A stretch of 63,429 nucleotides of DNA, filler included, from Octopus bimaculoides (lineage: Eukaryota): NCBI RefSeq assembly GCF_001194135.2. It is 4 parts of 4 records of this genome, joined end to end, with 100 filler letters (N's around TTAATTAATTAA, not from the genome) between each part and the next. Parts side by side here need not be neighbours in the genome. Positions count along the whole stretch, not along the records: positions 1 to 14,395 come from NC_068993.1; 3 more parts are not named here. One strand, 5' to 3'. Within the stretch, counting starts at the first letter, position 1. Each line of letters opens with the position of its first letter. Shown here in pieces: positions 1 through 12,584 of the stretch. The notes beneath the pieces were generated by a model. The model did no database searches, was not told where the DNA came from, and saw only the letters and a program-made list of their open reading frames with translations. Position numbers and translations under genes: made by a program.

Positions 1-199
1 ATATATATATAATTATATATATATATATATATATATTCATTTCGTCACTATATTCACTGCGGTGGTATTTTGGCAATATAGTACACGGTGTCTGGATGGA
101 CAACTGAATTGGCGGTTGTATATACGTGCATATATATGTATGTACATGAGCGTATACGTGATTATTCGTATGTTTATGTATATATATATGTGTATTTAT

Positions 200-233
<34 letters not shown>

Positions 234-392
234 TCACTCATGCCGCTCCAAAGGCAACGAACCAGTACCTGGCCGACTGGAAACCTGTAACGAACCCACT
301 ATTACAATATTAAGTAATCCAATCATCTATAAATAGATAATATAGATACGGAGATATGCAAACGAAACAACAAGACATGACATACAAAACAT

Positions 393-472
<80 letters not shown>

Positions 473-738
473 NNNNNNNNNNNNNNNNNNNNNNNNNNNN
501 NNNNNNNNNNNNNNNNNNNNNNNNNNNNNNNNNNNNNNNNNNNNNNNNNNNNNNNNNNNNNNNNNNNNNNNNNNNNNNNNNNNNNNNNNNNNNNNNNNNN
601 NNNNNNNNNNNNNNNNNNNNNNNNNNNNNNNNNNNNNNNNNNNNNNNNNNNNNNNNNNNNNNNNNNNNNNNNNNNNNNNNNNNNNNNNNNNNNNNNNNNN
701 NNNNNNNNNNNNNNNNNNNNNTCTTCTTCTTCTTCTTC

Positions 739-783
<45 letters not shown>

Positions 784-800
784 TTCCTCTTCTTCTTCTT

Positions 801-859
<59 letters not shown>

Positions 860-860
860 C
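1..860. repeat. Compound microsatellites (TA)n, (CA)n, (TTC)n, (TTA)n around an N-gap; representative of dozens of such tracts in the window
   Basis: Directly visible simple repeats; most N-gaps in the window are bounded by them. Confidence 0.97.
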
Positions 861-2084
861 TTTTGTTTTGGACAAGTTTTAGAATTGAATTTCGTATATT
901 AGAAAATATATCCTCATATTATCAATTTTATATTAAAACTAGGAATTATTGTAGAAATGCAACTTTAATCTTAAATTAGAATCTAAGATACTGTAAATAG
1001 ATTAGTTTGGGAATAATTTTAAAAGAAATACGTTTGAATCCATAGAGGTCTGCAAGAGAATAATTCTTAGAAGAAGAAGATTCTTCATGATAACAAGAAC
1101 CAATTCCTCTTTGAGGTTTCAGAGATTTATTATCAGCAGCTGTTTTCTGCTGTCATTCCATGGCAAGATGACAGAGTATTCTAGTTCCATGACAAAGAAT
1201 CTGTCAGATTTGAAAGGGTTGAATCGGTGGCTTTTAGTACTCACCAGGAACAATCCAACTGTTTAACTAAGGCCCAAGAGATCAAGCACATATATGAATC
1301 TTCGCTTATACGTAGGTTTTTTTTTATATCCTGTAACGTGTCACTGTACTAATCTTGTTTATGACTGGTATTTTAGTTCATATCTACACTGCTGTATATC
1401 TTGTTGTTGTTTGTTATTACAGCTATCTGTTGTTAGCTTAAATTCTATTGAGGCTGACCAACAGTACCATAACTCCGGTGGGAGCGACTTAAAAGCTTAA
1501 CACTTACAGATATAATAATATAGATTTTGACAGAAATGACCCAGTAGCTAACATTCTGAACTTCCCGTTTCATGATTCATATCTTGCTGTAGGCGTTTCG
1601 TTTATATTTCAGAACAGCACACTTAATTCTTACCTCGCTCTTAATTTATAACTTAACATCAAGGTCGAATTACCAGGTTTTTCGCGGTGTCGGATGGCGG
1701 TAGAAGTTATATACATTAAACTAAAGACATTTTTCAAAGGAAACTGAGTCGCACGTTTATCATCAGCTTAGGGCTGGCATCGACTGAAATATAAACTGGA
1801 TTTAATATACACTTTAAACGTAACATTTCATTTATATTTATAACAACATTGATTTCTAATATTGCTAAAAGGGCTCGAACTTCATGAAAAGACATAATTG
1901 ATTCATGTGCTTCATATGTTTTATCGTATCAAAGCTTGGTGAAAAGGTTAAAAATCTATATAAGGAATCTGAACTCTAAAATGTAAAAGAAAGAACAGCT
2001 TTTACCCAACTAAGTACACTAGTGCACATTTTTTCAAAGTGCTTCTCCTGTCTATGTTTATACTAAGAATAATTTATGATTTCA

Positions 2085-2275
2085 AATTTTGGCAGAAGGT
2101 CGCCAGTTATTGAGAGGAGGGGAACTTAGATGTAATCGGTCCAAGTACTTAAGTAGAATTTATTTTATCGATCCCAAACGTATGAAATGCAAAGCTGACC
2201 TCGGCAGGATTTGTATTCAGGGACCTAAAGACGGGTAACATGCCGTTAAGCATTTTGCTTGGCTTGCCACCTTAT
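2085..2275 (-). mobile_element. SINE family A, degenerate copy
   Basis: Similar to the well-preserved copies at 33472 and 36136 (ttttatcgatccc...atgaaa..caaag.tgacctcggc.ggattt). Confidence 0.7.
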
Positions 2276-2355
2276 TGTCTTCTGATTAAAGGACACGTCC
2301 AGTAATTTCGATAGGGGAGTGTTTGTCGATACCCTATACATTATTTGGCGTTCAA

Positions 2356-2635
2356 TATTTACATTATTTACATTTGACGGATATTTGCCTCATCTTGTTT
2401 GTTGTTAACACAACGTTTCGGCTGATATACCCTCCAACATCGAAAAATACCTTAGGAATGAGAACCCAGGTTCGAAATTTCCCCAAGACACCTGATGAAG
2501 GCTGGAGGGTATATCAGCCGAAAGGTTGTGTTAACAACAAATAAGATGAGGACAAATATCCGTCAAATGTAAATAATGTAAATAACGTAAATAATGTACA
2601 TAATTCCTCATCTCTTAAATATATAACTCTATTAT
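2356..2635 (+). mobile_element. Penelope-like element terminal (pLTR-type) fragment with inverted 81-bp arm
   Basis: Arms 2356-2436 and 2503-2584 are near-perfect reverse complements around a 66-bp spacer. It contains a hammerhead motif and a (taaataatg)n tail. The same 3' part recurs at 52572-52657. PLE assignment rests on the known hammerhead/inverted-pLTR association. Confidence 0.7.
2487..2532 (+). ncRNA. Minimal type-I hammerhead ribozyme motif (probably impaired in this copy)
   Basis: GACAC-CUGAUGA-A-GGCUG(10-nt loop)CAGCC-GAAA-g-GUU-GUGUU. Stem I is GACAC/GUGUU and stem II is GGCUG/CAGCC. Position 2524 is G where the antisense arm preserves C (GAAACGUU). Confidence 0.7.
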
Positions 2636-2659
2636 TTGACGTTTCGGAAAATATAAAAG

Positions 2660-2822
2660 TGGGTAAGTTGATTACATCGATCCCAGTTTTCAGTTAGTAG
2701 TTATTTTATCGATCCAGAAAGATGAAAGGCAAAGTCAACCTCGGCGGAATTTGGACTCAAAACGTAAAGATCAATGAAGTGTCGGTTAGCATTTGCCCGG
2801 CGTACTAACGATTCTGCCAGCT
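2660..2822 (-). mobile_element. SINE family A
   Basis: Matches family A body and head (aaggcaaagtcaacctcggcggaattt...gattctgccagct). Confidence 0.85.
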
Positions 2823-4704
2823 TCAATTAATGATTAATATTACAATTATAATTATATACAGTTAATGTTTGTATAAAGATTCCGATTTTACTCGAGGGAG
2901 ACCCTGCGTGGTCGTTCGCTCTGCATTATATAGCAGCCAAATATTTCACCGTCTTCTTCTCGTCTCGCCATATTCCCGCAATAGCGAGAATAGGTTAAAC
3001 GTCATCTCTCCCAGATTCTCGGTATGGCGGTAATGAACAACAGACGTAGAAAAAGATGCAACCGATTCTGTCCATTAGTTTACCTGCAATCTTAAACTGC
3101 GAAGTCGATAATGAGGGAGGACGAAGATGGTGAGAAGAGGACGATGATGAAGATTTTATTAAGATGATGGAAGCGACAACGGTGACGGTGGAGGTGACGG
3201 CGATGGCGGTCGTTGCGGATGGTAGGCGGCATGGCAATGATGGCAGGGGTGGCTGGTGTGGTGGCGGTGGCGGTGGTGGTAATGACGGCTGCGGTGGTGG
3301 TGGTGGTGGTGGTGGTGGTNNNNNNNNNNNNNNNNNNNNNNNNNNNNNNNNNNNNNNNNNNNNNNNNNNNNNNNNNNNNNNNNNNNNNNNNNNNNNNNNN
3401 NNNNNNNNNNNNNNNNNNNNNNNNNNNNNNNNNNNNNNNNNNNNNNNNNNNNNNNNNNNNNNNNNNNNNNNNNNNNNNNNNNNNNNNNNNNNNNNNNNNN
3501 NNNNNNNNNNNNNNNNNNNNNNNNNNNNNNNNNNNNNNNNNNNNNNNNNNNNNNNNNNNNNNNNNNNNNNNNNNNNNNNNNNNNNNNNNNNNNNNNNNNN
3601 NNNNNNNNNNNNNNNNNNNNNNNNNNNNNNNNNNNNNNNNNNNNNNNNNNNNNNNNNNNNNNNNNNNNNNNNNNNNNNNNNNNNNNNNNNNNNNNNNNNN
3701 NNNNNNNNNNNNNNNNNNNNNNNNNNNNNNNNNNNNNNNNNNNNNNNNNNNNNNNNNNNNNNNNNNNNNNNNNNNNNNNNNNNNNNNNNNNNNNNNNNNN
3801 NNNNTGTGGTGAAGACGAAACTGATGGGGTGATTACGTTAGTGGTAATGGTGGTGTTAAACATGATGATGGCGATGGGGACGAGGACGACGACGACAACA
3901 TTGATGATGATGATGATGATGATGATGATGACGATGATGATGTCAATGAAAATGGTGGTTTTGGTGGTGGTGCCGAAAACAGCGATGAGGAGAAGAAAGA
4001 GGCAGATAATATTGATGATGTTGCTGATAGTGGTGTTGTGGTGGCGTTGATGATGGTGCGGATGATGAGAAATTTGATAGCAACGGTGGCGGACACGATG
4101 ATGATGTTGATGTTGCTGATCTTGCTGCTGCTGATGATGTCGATGACTACGACGACGACGACGACGACGTCGAACAAGAACAATAAAAATAATGATTATA
4201 ACGAATCATAACAACAACAACAACAACAACAACAACAATAAAAACAACAGCTATGTCAAAACGAAGACAACATTTAAATAAACAGCAACTATCAGAAGAA
4301 GAACGATTACCATAGCAACAACAAAATCAACAAATACAAAAGGGGCAAACATATTCAAAACCAAAACAAATCTGAATTTGGAACAAGATGACAGATTGTA
4401 CTAAAAAATTTGAAGATTTCTAAATTCTTAAACACACAATTTTCATTTCTAATAATAAAATATTTAATTTTTAAATTTTTCCTTAAATTAGCTGATTTAA
4501 TTAGCTATTGGTTTGGCTATCGGTTTGACCATTTTAAACATTTTTACCTGGAATATTCCATGTTCTAAGAATTAACCAAATATTTTAGATGTATTTTATA
4601 ATGTTTTATTTCTTCTTCTTCTTCTTCTTCTTCTTCTTCTTCTTCTTCTTCTTCTTCTTCTTCTTCTTCTTCTTCTTCTTCTTCTTCTNNNNNNNNNNCT
4701 TCTT

Positions 4705-4735
<31 letters not shown>

Positions 4736-4752
4736 TTATTATTATTATTATT

Positions 4753-4842
4753 AAGGCGACGAGCTGGCAGAATCGTTAGCACGCCAGCTCGACTCATCCC
4801 TGCCCTTCAAATTGCTCCCCTTGTGGCAAAATTTGAAACCAT
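4753..4842 (+). mobile_element. SINE family A, internally deleted (head fused to tail through a short fold-back)
   Basis: Head ggcgacgagctggcagaatcgttagcacgcc is joined to tail gactcatccc...aaaatttgaaacc and followed by (att)n. Confidence 0.75.
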
Positions 4843-5040
4843 GATTATTATTATTATTATTATTATTATTGTTGTTGTTGTTGTTGTTGCTGTTGTTGTT
4901 TATTATTATCATTATTATTATTACTATTATTGTTATTATTATTATGCTCGAGGAAGTGCTGACGTGGGTGGTGAGCTGGAGGAATCATTGTTACATCGGA
5001 CAAAATGCTTAGCAGCATTTCTTCCGTTTTTTTTCAATTC

Positions 5041-5640
5041 GTTGCAGTGAAGGCCGACCTGGTTTGCTGCTTTCCCCAGTGCTTGTAACAAATATTCTGC
5101 ATCTTTAATACAATGAGATATCAAGGCAAGATCATCAGTAAAGTCAAGATCAGTTAAAGATTGTGCACAATGCCGACTGCTCGGGCAGGGTTTCAAAAGG
5201 CGTCCCTTTTCCTCCATACCGTCTGGGAAAATGCGTAGGACATAGTCGAGAACAATGATGAACAAGAAAGGAGCGAGTGTGTCGCCCTGTAGAACACTTG
5301 CTTCAAAGAAATCAGTCTCTCCATCAGATACAGAACATCAGTTGGAGATCGATCACACCCAACACTTAGTAACATCTACGGAAATCTGATGCCAATATCC
5401 CTCAAGCTAAAGCAGAAACGGCTACCATTTGCTGCCCACTGTGATCGAGTGGAGAAAAAGGTTATCTCATCCCTGCTCCTAAGGCATCACTCTGGAAATG
5501 TCTTCTCCAGGAAACTGGCATTTCCAGATACTATATCTCGGGACTCAGGGCTGGATATTAGAGTTCTGAACCCAGCAATGAAGAACCGTGTAGTGTGGAA
5601 AGGGATTGTCAATGAAGTTCCGAAAGACGATGATGATGAA
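5041..5640. mobile_element. RTE-type LINE fragment with 5' inversion
   Basis: Minus strand 5350-5041 encodes RT motifs (LQGDTLAPFLFIIVLDYVLR...LTDLDFTDDLALISH...AANQVGLHCN). Plus strand 5352-5640 encodes the ORF C-terminus (NIYGNLMPISLKLKQKRLPFAAHC...FPDTISRDSG...AMKNRVVWKGIV) and ends in (gat)n. Confidence 0.85.
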
Positions 5641-5859
5641 ATCGAATTTCAGTTGTGCTTTGTGGGGTGAAAAATTATCAATTGATAGCAAGGTCAGGAA
5701 TTTCCCAAAAACATCTACCAAAGAGCGGATTTAAAAGTGAAAGTAGAATATAATACATTATATACGGTTCATTTTCTCGAAACCACTTAAGGTTCGCCGC
5801 GGGGCGTATTCAGTGTGATCCGGCAAAATTTTTGAATTCACTAACAATAAATATTGTAG

Positions 5860-5894
<35 letters not shown>

Positions 5895-6175
5895 CCACGT
5901 GCTTTCCCATACCAACTCTTTCACCTATATATATATTTATATATGTATATATATGTGTGTGCGTGTGTGTGTCTGAGTGTGTGAACGTGTGTGTGTACGT
6001 AGATGTATAGCAGGCTTCCGTATGATTTTTATCTATTAAACTTAACTCATCTGGTACCATTTAACTAGTGCTAACGAAATGACACATAGCCAAAATGTCA
6101 CGCATTGAATGATATCAAATCCGGAATCAGGCGGTGGCAAAGCGAACTTGTTCACCATTACAGCTCATATATACA

Positions 6176-6209
<34 letters not shown>

Positions 6210-6290
6210 CATACATACATATAGGTATATTTATATATGTGTGTGTTTGTGTGTAAGTATGTGTAGGTGTGGCGTATAAGNNNNNNNNNN

Positions 6291-6337
<47 letters not shown>

Positions 6338-7059
6338 ATGTATGTGTGTGTGTATACATATATATGTATATGGAATTATTTAATAACGCAACAAGAAATA
6401 TGAAAAAAGATTTAAATAAAAATAATGATCACTTCATTAAATGTATTTTTGAATGTAAACGTTTTGTTTTCTTGTTCTACCGATTTTATTTTTTAACAAT
6501 AAATAAATACATAAATGAATAAACAAAAATAAAAGAAGAAAAGCGAAATAATTAATATAAAGAAAAAGGAGAGAAAATAAATAGATTCCAAACTTCAGAG
6601 TTGAATTATGGCATTTTATTCTNNNNNNNNNNNNNNNNNNNNNNNNNNNNNNNNNNNNNNNNNNNNNNNNNNNNNNNNNNNNNNNNNNNNNNNNNNNNNN
6701 NNNNNNNNNNNNNNNNNNNNNNNNNNNNNNNNNNNNNNNNNNNNNNNNNNNNNNNNNNNNNNNNNNNNNNNNNNNNNNNNNNNNNNNNNNNNNNNNNNNN
6801 NNNNNNNNNNNNNNNNNNNNNNNNNNNNNNNNNNNNNNNNNNNNNNNNNNNNNNNNNNNNNNNNNNNNNNNNNNNNNNNNNNNNNNNNNNNNNNNNNNNN
6901 NNNNNNNNNNNNNNNNNNNNNNNNNNNNNNNNNNNNNNNNNNNNNNNNNNNNNNNNNNNNNNNNNNNNNNNNNNNNNNNNNNNNNNNNNNNNNNNNNNNN
7001 NNNNNNNNNNNNNNNNNNNNNNNNTTTTTTAACTAGAAAATATTGATTGTGACTTCGAA

Positions 7060-7679
7060 TTTTCATAGTTCACGGTCCGTGCGTCGCTGGCTTGTGGGGT
7101 TGTGTCGAACGGATGTTGTTGGCCGAGTCTGTAATGACGCTCGCCCACCGCCCTCCTTCAGTCGGTCAGGCAAGGCATTTTTCCTTTGCTTGGTGGCTGT
7201 AGCGAAAGTGGTTGCTTGGTGGACAACGCTGAAAGGCATGAGGACAGATACGTTCCCCTTCGGTAGAGCTCTCATTGACTTGAAAAGGAAATTGAGAGTA
7301 GAGAGGGAAGTGTTGTCCTCGAGTGAGTTTATTGAAAGGTGGGTGAAAGTTGCGAAAAGGGCAAGCATGGACGGTACCTCTCTAAGTGTAGACCTGTGAG
7401 TCGAAGATGGGGAATTGGAGAGGGCACCAGCACTTGGGTTTTCAGAGAAATCTCGGACAGTGGGATTCCTCGATTATCCCTAAAGGCCTTCCTGTATCAA
7501 GAGGGCCATATCTCTATCATTCTCCCCGCCACTTTTTTTAACTTGTGTATGCTATGCATATGTCGCTTCTTTTTGAGTGTATACATTTTTTATCATTTCA
7601 TTATATGCAAACCCCCACAATTTATGTCTGTCTTTGTATTGTCCCGCACATCCTTCGCCTTTGTGGCAAATAAATGAAA

Positions 7680-7680
<1 letters not shown>
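7060..7680 (+). mobile_element. L1/Tx1-like LINE 3' end (ORF2 C-terminus and 3' UTR)
   Basis: ORF 7043-7399 ends FLCLVAVAKVVAWWT...LKRKLRVEREVLSSSEFIERW...VDL*, followed by a T-rich UTR, AATAAA and an (ATT)n tail. Clade call is from recalled motif similarity. Confidence 0.55.
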
Positions 7681-7735
<55 letters not shown>

Positions 7736-7738
<3 letters not shown>

Positions 7739-8276
7739 TGGGAGAGCAGTCCATGCCCTCAGTGTGACACTGGAGTAAAATACGAAGTCCACTATACCCA
7801 TCATGACTCGCCGTCTGATAAGGGTACAGCAGGCACATGCATCACAACCATATGTGGAGACCTGGTGACTTGATATCAAGATAAACAGCGCATAACCTTG
7901 CAGGTAGTTTCATTTTTAGGTCGTGTAACCCATCCCGCTTAAAATGTCCCTGAATAAGGTTTGTATAAGTATGTTTAACGAAATACAAATGTTTCTAGAA
8001 GTGAATTGTTCAAGCCTCAGAGAATTCCTCTCAACACATGGCTATGATGCTCCCCAACAACTTCTGCTCGTGATCAGAGATGCACATATCGTCAGTCACC
8101 AAGGGACATGCTCAACCAGTTAAGGGCAAACAACTGACAAGCAAATCTGTGGTATTGAACAGAATATCTGCTATGGCTTTTTATTTTTATACCAAGACAA
8201 AACGTGTACATGATAGCACTTCCAATCAGTTAAGATCAGAAGCTATGAAAGCCAATGCTTGGTACTGCGTCAGGGC
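7736..8276 (-). mobile_element. ~540-bp non-coding retroelement (family E) with (TAA)n tail, embedded between (ATT)n and (ACT)n(ATT)n tracts
   Basis: 7736-7990 aligns with 21877-22145; no ORF; trinucleotide repeats on both flanks; hairpin CTTCCAATC-agttaa-GATCAGAAG at 8219-8242. Confidence 0.75.
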
Positions 8277-8290
8277 GTTTACTACTACTT

Positions 8291-8382
<92 letters not shown>

Positions 8383-8967
8383 TCCATTCTTACTTTTCTC
8401 TCACCACTACAGTGCTGTAAATATTCAATATCAATTACATTCACTTAAGGTTTTGCAATAATACAGCAGAAAAGCCATGATCCTCTGAAATGATCTGTAC
8501 GTAACAGCTTTAATAGTTGTTGCTTTTTTTTTTTCACTTTGAAGCTATTAGTCATTGATATATGCCATAGCAAGCTCATTCATCCATTACGGCATGTATT
8601 TGGATTACTTCAAAGATATACCGCCTGTCCTGTCTTATATATGCATGAAAATGTGAGCTTGTTTGCATTTCCGATTTGACTATACTTATTATACTATTGG
8701 CCTTTACTCTAAGGCACACACGCACACAGACATACACACTCACATCTTAACATTTATACTGTACGACCGTTGAATATACTGGGTGTCGTATCTTGTTAAT
8801 AGAAATAAAATTTAAGGTGGCGGCAGTTGTTTCAATCATGGCGGTGTTGCTGGCGTATATCACAGTGACACTTAATGTCCTAGTTTGAAGTTTAAAATAA
8901 ATTTTCAGTATTTATTTTATTTTTCAACTGTTGCTACTTCTTCGCATTTGTTCTACGCGTTCTGAAA

Positions 8968-9240
8968 GCGCGTGGCTCAGTGGTTAGCGTATCGAGTTTA
9001 TAATCGTGAGGTTGTGAGTTCGATTCATGGACAGGAACGTGTGTTCTTCAGGAAAATACTTTATTTCACCTTACTCCAGTTACTCAGGTGTAGAAATGAG
9101 TTGCGACGTCACTGGTGCCAAGATGTATCGGTCTCTACCTTTTCCTTGGACAACATTTGAGGCAAGGATACGGGGATACTGGTAATCATGGGTGACTGCT
9201 GGTCTTCTACAAACAACCTTTTTTGGATTTGCAATCCCAT
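8968..9240 (+). mobile_element. tRNA-derived SINE (family F)
   Basis: A-box tggctcagtgg and B-box gttcgattc; body gagttgcgacgtcactggtgcc shared with 10137-10305 and 39938-40135. Confidence 0.8.
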
Positions 9241-9539
9241 GAACATTCTTAATCGAAAGATATATCCAAAGATATACTGCCTGTTTTTTTTTTGTTCATT
9301 GTTTATTGTTCTTTGTTGTAGTTAATTTCCAGAAAATGTCTTCCACAAAAAGTTGTAGGTATATCATTTGTTTGCTTGATATTACATTGTAGATATATTA
9401 TTTGAGATTGTTATTATGAAATAAGGTGTAATGTGATAATTCTTGATGATAACACTAATTACTGTATACAGATTTTCCTTTTAGCATTATGGTTGATATA
9501 AAATATATAAGTTTTTGTCAGTTTTCCTGTTTTTCTATG

Positions 9540-9615
<76 letters not shown>

Positions 9616-10136
9616 TTGTTCTGTTTGTTTGATGCTGAGTTATATTTCGGTTGTGTGTAGTTTTGGTGTATTGTATTTAACGTCATCTCTGATTTTTATG
9701 AGGCTGGCAATTTCTGGTGTGTAAATTGGGGTTGTAGGTTTTATGTTGTCTCTTGTGATATTTTTTTCAAGTGCGTCTATAATTATTTTGCAGAACATAT
9801 TTCAGTCCGTATGTTGGTTATTATGGAGTTTCTGAATTATGAAAACCTTGTTCCTGTTCTTGATAGAACTCGTTGTTTGAAGTTTCTAAAAATGTCTTTG
9901 TTTTATTCATTGATGTCCAAGTATTTTGTTATAATTAATAGCTGGTCTGAGAGAAACTGAGGTGCTTTTACCAACTTTAGTTTTAGTAGCTACCTGAATG
10001 GAGCGCAATATAATGTCTAGGAAAGGGATGCCAGGGTTGGCTTAAAGAGGTATGTGCGCATGGATTGCTTATAATGTGAAACGATTGAGTTGTGATGATA
10101 TATAATATTATTTATGTTGTTAACTGTAATATTTCA

Positions 10137-10305
10137 GTGATGGCGCATGGATCGGTGATTAAATCGTCGGGTTTACAATGATGAGATTGGGAACTCGATT
10201 CCCGGACCGGGCTGTGTGTTGAGTTCTTGAGCAAGATATTTTATCTTACGTCACTCCAGTTCAGTCAGTTGTAGGAATGAGTTGCGACGTCACTGGTGCC
10301 AAGGT
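10137..10305 (+). mobile_element. tRNA-derived SINE (family F), 3'-truncated
   Basis: Degenerate tRNA head plus aatgagttgcgacgtcactggtgccaag shared with the 8968 copy. Confidence 0.7.
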
Positions 10306-10524
10306 GTGAAGTGTTTAGTTTTTAAAGTATTCTGTGCTGAAATGTGGCATTGGGAAGGGAGATAACACAACTTCGCGTTTTTATCATCCTTAAGTGAGTG
10401 TTATTAGTTGTGTAAAGTCGTAACTTTGAAGGGTTGTTTGTAAATGTTGCAAATTCTTTTATTTGCATGAGTATTAAGTGCCTTAAATAAACCGTTAATC
10501 ATTTTTTTTTACTTATATTACGGT

Positions 10525-10637
10525 TACTCGTGTCTGTGGTGTGCTCAGTCACTTGCACGTTAATTTCATGAGCAGACCGTTCAGATGATCAGATCAATTG
10601 GAACCTTCGTCGTCGTAACCGACGGAGTACCAGTCCA
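10525..10637 (+). mobile_element. SINE family C, 3' fragment
   Basis: gtggtgtgctcagtcacttgcacgttaatttcatgagcag...cgacggagt matches 20225-20325. Confidence 0.75.
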
Positions 10638-10730
10638 TATTACGATAAGTCGTCACTTGCGTCGAACTAGTGTCTCTGAATTTAATTACTCTGGCCTGAT
10701 ATTGTATGTACGGACATTAAAAATAATGGT

Positions 10731-10943
10731 TTCAAATTTTGCCACAAGAGCAATAAGTTTGGGAGAGAAGATGAGTCGATTACATCGACGACAGTGTTCA
10801 ACTGGTACATATTTGATCGATCCCGGAAGAATAAAAGGTAAAGTCTACCTCAGCGGAATTTGAACTCAGAAAGTAGCGACGAGCGAAATACCGCTAAGCA
10901 TTTCGTCCGGTGCGCTAACGATTCTGCCAGCTCGCCGCCTTAC
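10731..10943 (-). mobile_element. SINE family A, full length, 10-bp TSD
   Basis: Family consensus; direct repeat aaataatggt at 10721-10730 and 10944-10953. Confidence 0.9.
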
Positions 10944-12122
10944 AAATAATGGTAGAGAACAGAGTTGAATCACATCAAGAGGGAGCGCAAAAAGTGTTTG
11001 TAAAAGAAGAGGACTCCATTAAAACATTTTAAAAAAGCTTGAGAAGTAGTGGTTNNNNNNNNNNNNNNNNNNNNNNNNNNNNNNNNNNNNNNNNNNNNNN
11101 NNNNNNNNNNNNNNNNNNNNNNNNNNNNNNNNNNNNNNNNNNNNNNNNNNNNNNNNNNNNNNNNNNNNNNNNNNNNNNNNNNNNNNNNNNNNNNNNNNNN
11201 NNNNNNNNNNNNNNNNNNNNNNNNNNNNNNNNNNNNNNNNNNNNNNNNNNNNNNNNNNNNNNNNNNNNNNNNNNNNNNNNNNNNNNNNNNNNNNNNNNNN
11301 NNNNNNNNNNNNNNNNNNNNNNNNNNNNNNNNNNNNNNNNNNNNNNNNNNNNNNNNNNNNNNNNNNNNNNNNNNNNNNNNNNNNNNNNNNNNNNNNNNNN
11401 NNNNNNNNNNNNNNNNNNNNNNNNNNNNNNNNNNNNNNNNNNNNNNNNNNNNNNNNNNNNNNNNNNNNNNNNNNNNNNNNNNNNNNNNNNNNNNNNNNNN
11501 NNNNNNNNNNNNNNNNNNNNNNNNNNNNNNNNNNGGGGTTCGTTGTTTTTCTGTTCTTCTCTCGTTTGTGTCACTAGAGATGTCTTCATGTTTACCATAA
11601 ACTGGTTCGTTTGTTTCTTGCAGCGCATCATTTTTCACGCCCCATTTTTTCGCACCATTTATTACACATCTAATTCAAATTATTCCCTGTTTTGACTATG
11701 GGAAGGAGGATATGATATTTCATTTGTACTAACGGTTAAGCGTCGTTTTGTTTTCTGTTTCTTTTTTTCTTCTTTTGTTTCTATTTTTATAAAAAAAATT
11801 AAGGAGGAGAACGGAGGGGGATTGAGAATTTGCGTATGTTGGTTTCACGTACGCTTTGTGGCAGTCGATCACTAGTGGTGACCAGTCGGCGATTAGAGCG
11901 AACGTTAGCAATACGAGGTTTACATTAAACACAGATTTTCGGAATTCAGAAAGTAGGTTAATGTATTGTACAGGCAAGTATCCATAAAACATTTTCGTCA
12001 TTTGCCTTTGGTTTTCCTCGTGGATTTATATATAACAAATGTTAATATATACTTATATGAATACATAACATACATACATACATACATACACAGACATGTA
12101 TATATACATACTTACACACACG

Positions 12123-12158
<36 letters not shown>

Positions 12159-12259
12159 GATATATGGTGTGTAGGCATATGTGTGTGTCTATATTCTTTT
12201 ATTCTTTTAGTAGTTTCAGCCATGCAGCTGCGGTCATACTGGAGCACCACCGTGGGAAT

Positions 12260-12303
<44 letters not shown>

Positions 12304-12522
12304 NNNNNNNNNNNNNNNNNNNNNNNNNNNNNNNNNNNNNNNNNNNNNNNNNNNNNNNNNNNNNNNNNNNNNNNNNNNNNNNNNNNNNNNNNNNNNNNNN
12401 NNNNNNNNNNNNNNNNNNNNNNNNNNNNNNNNNNNNNNNNNNNNNNNNNNNNNNNNNNNNNNNNNNNNNNNNNNNNNNNNNNNNNNNNNNNNNNNNNNNN
12501 NNNNNNNNNNNNNNNNNNNNNN

Positions 12523-12559
<37 letters not shown>

Positions 12560-12584
12560 GTATTCGTGGTATTTCGTCTTTATG

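Noticed and set aside
327-979. Long ORFs with poly-N/K/Y/HT/VC tracts (and dozens like them throughout the ORF track)
   Set aside because: They are translations of microsatellites and N-gaps, with no complex coding sequence.
1245-1720. Two minus-strand exon-like segments (1720-1634, 1330-1245) with AG/GT boundaries
   Set aside because: The open phases are incompatible (joining gives an immediate stop) and the peptides are unrecognisable; likely chance splice-like motifs.
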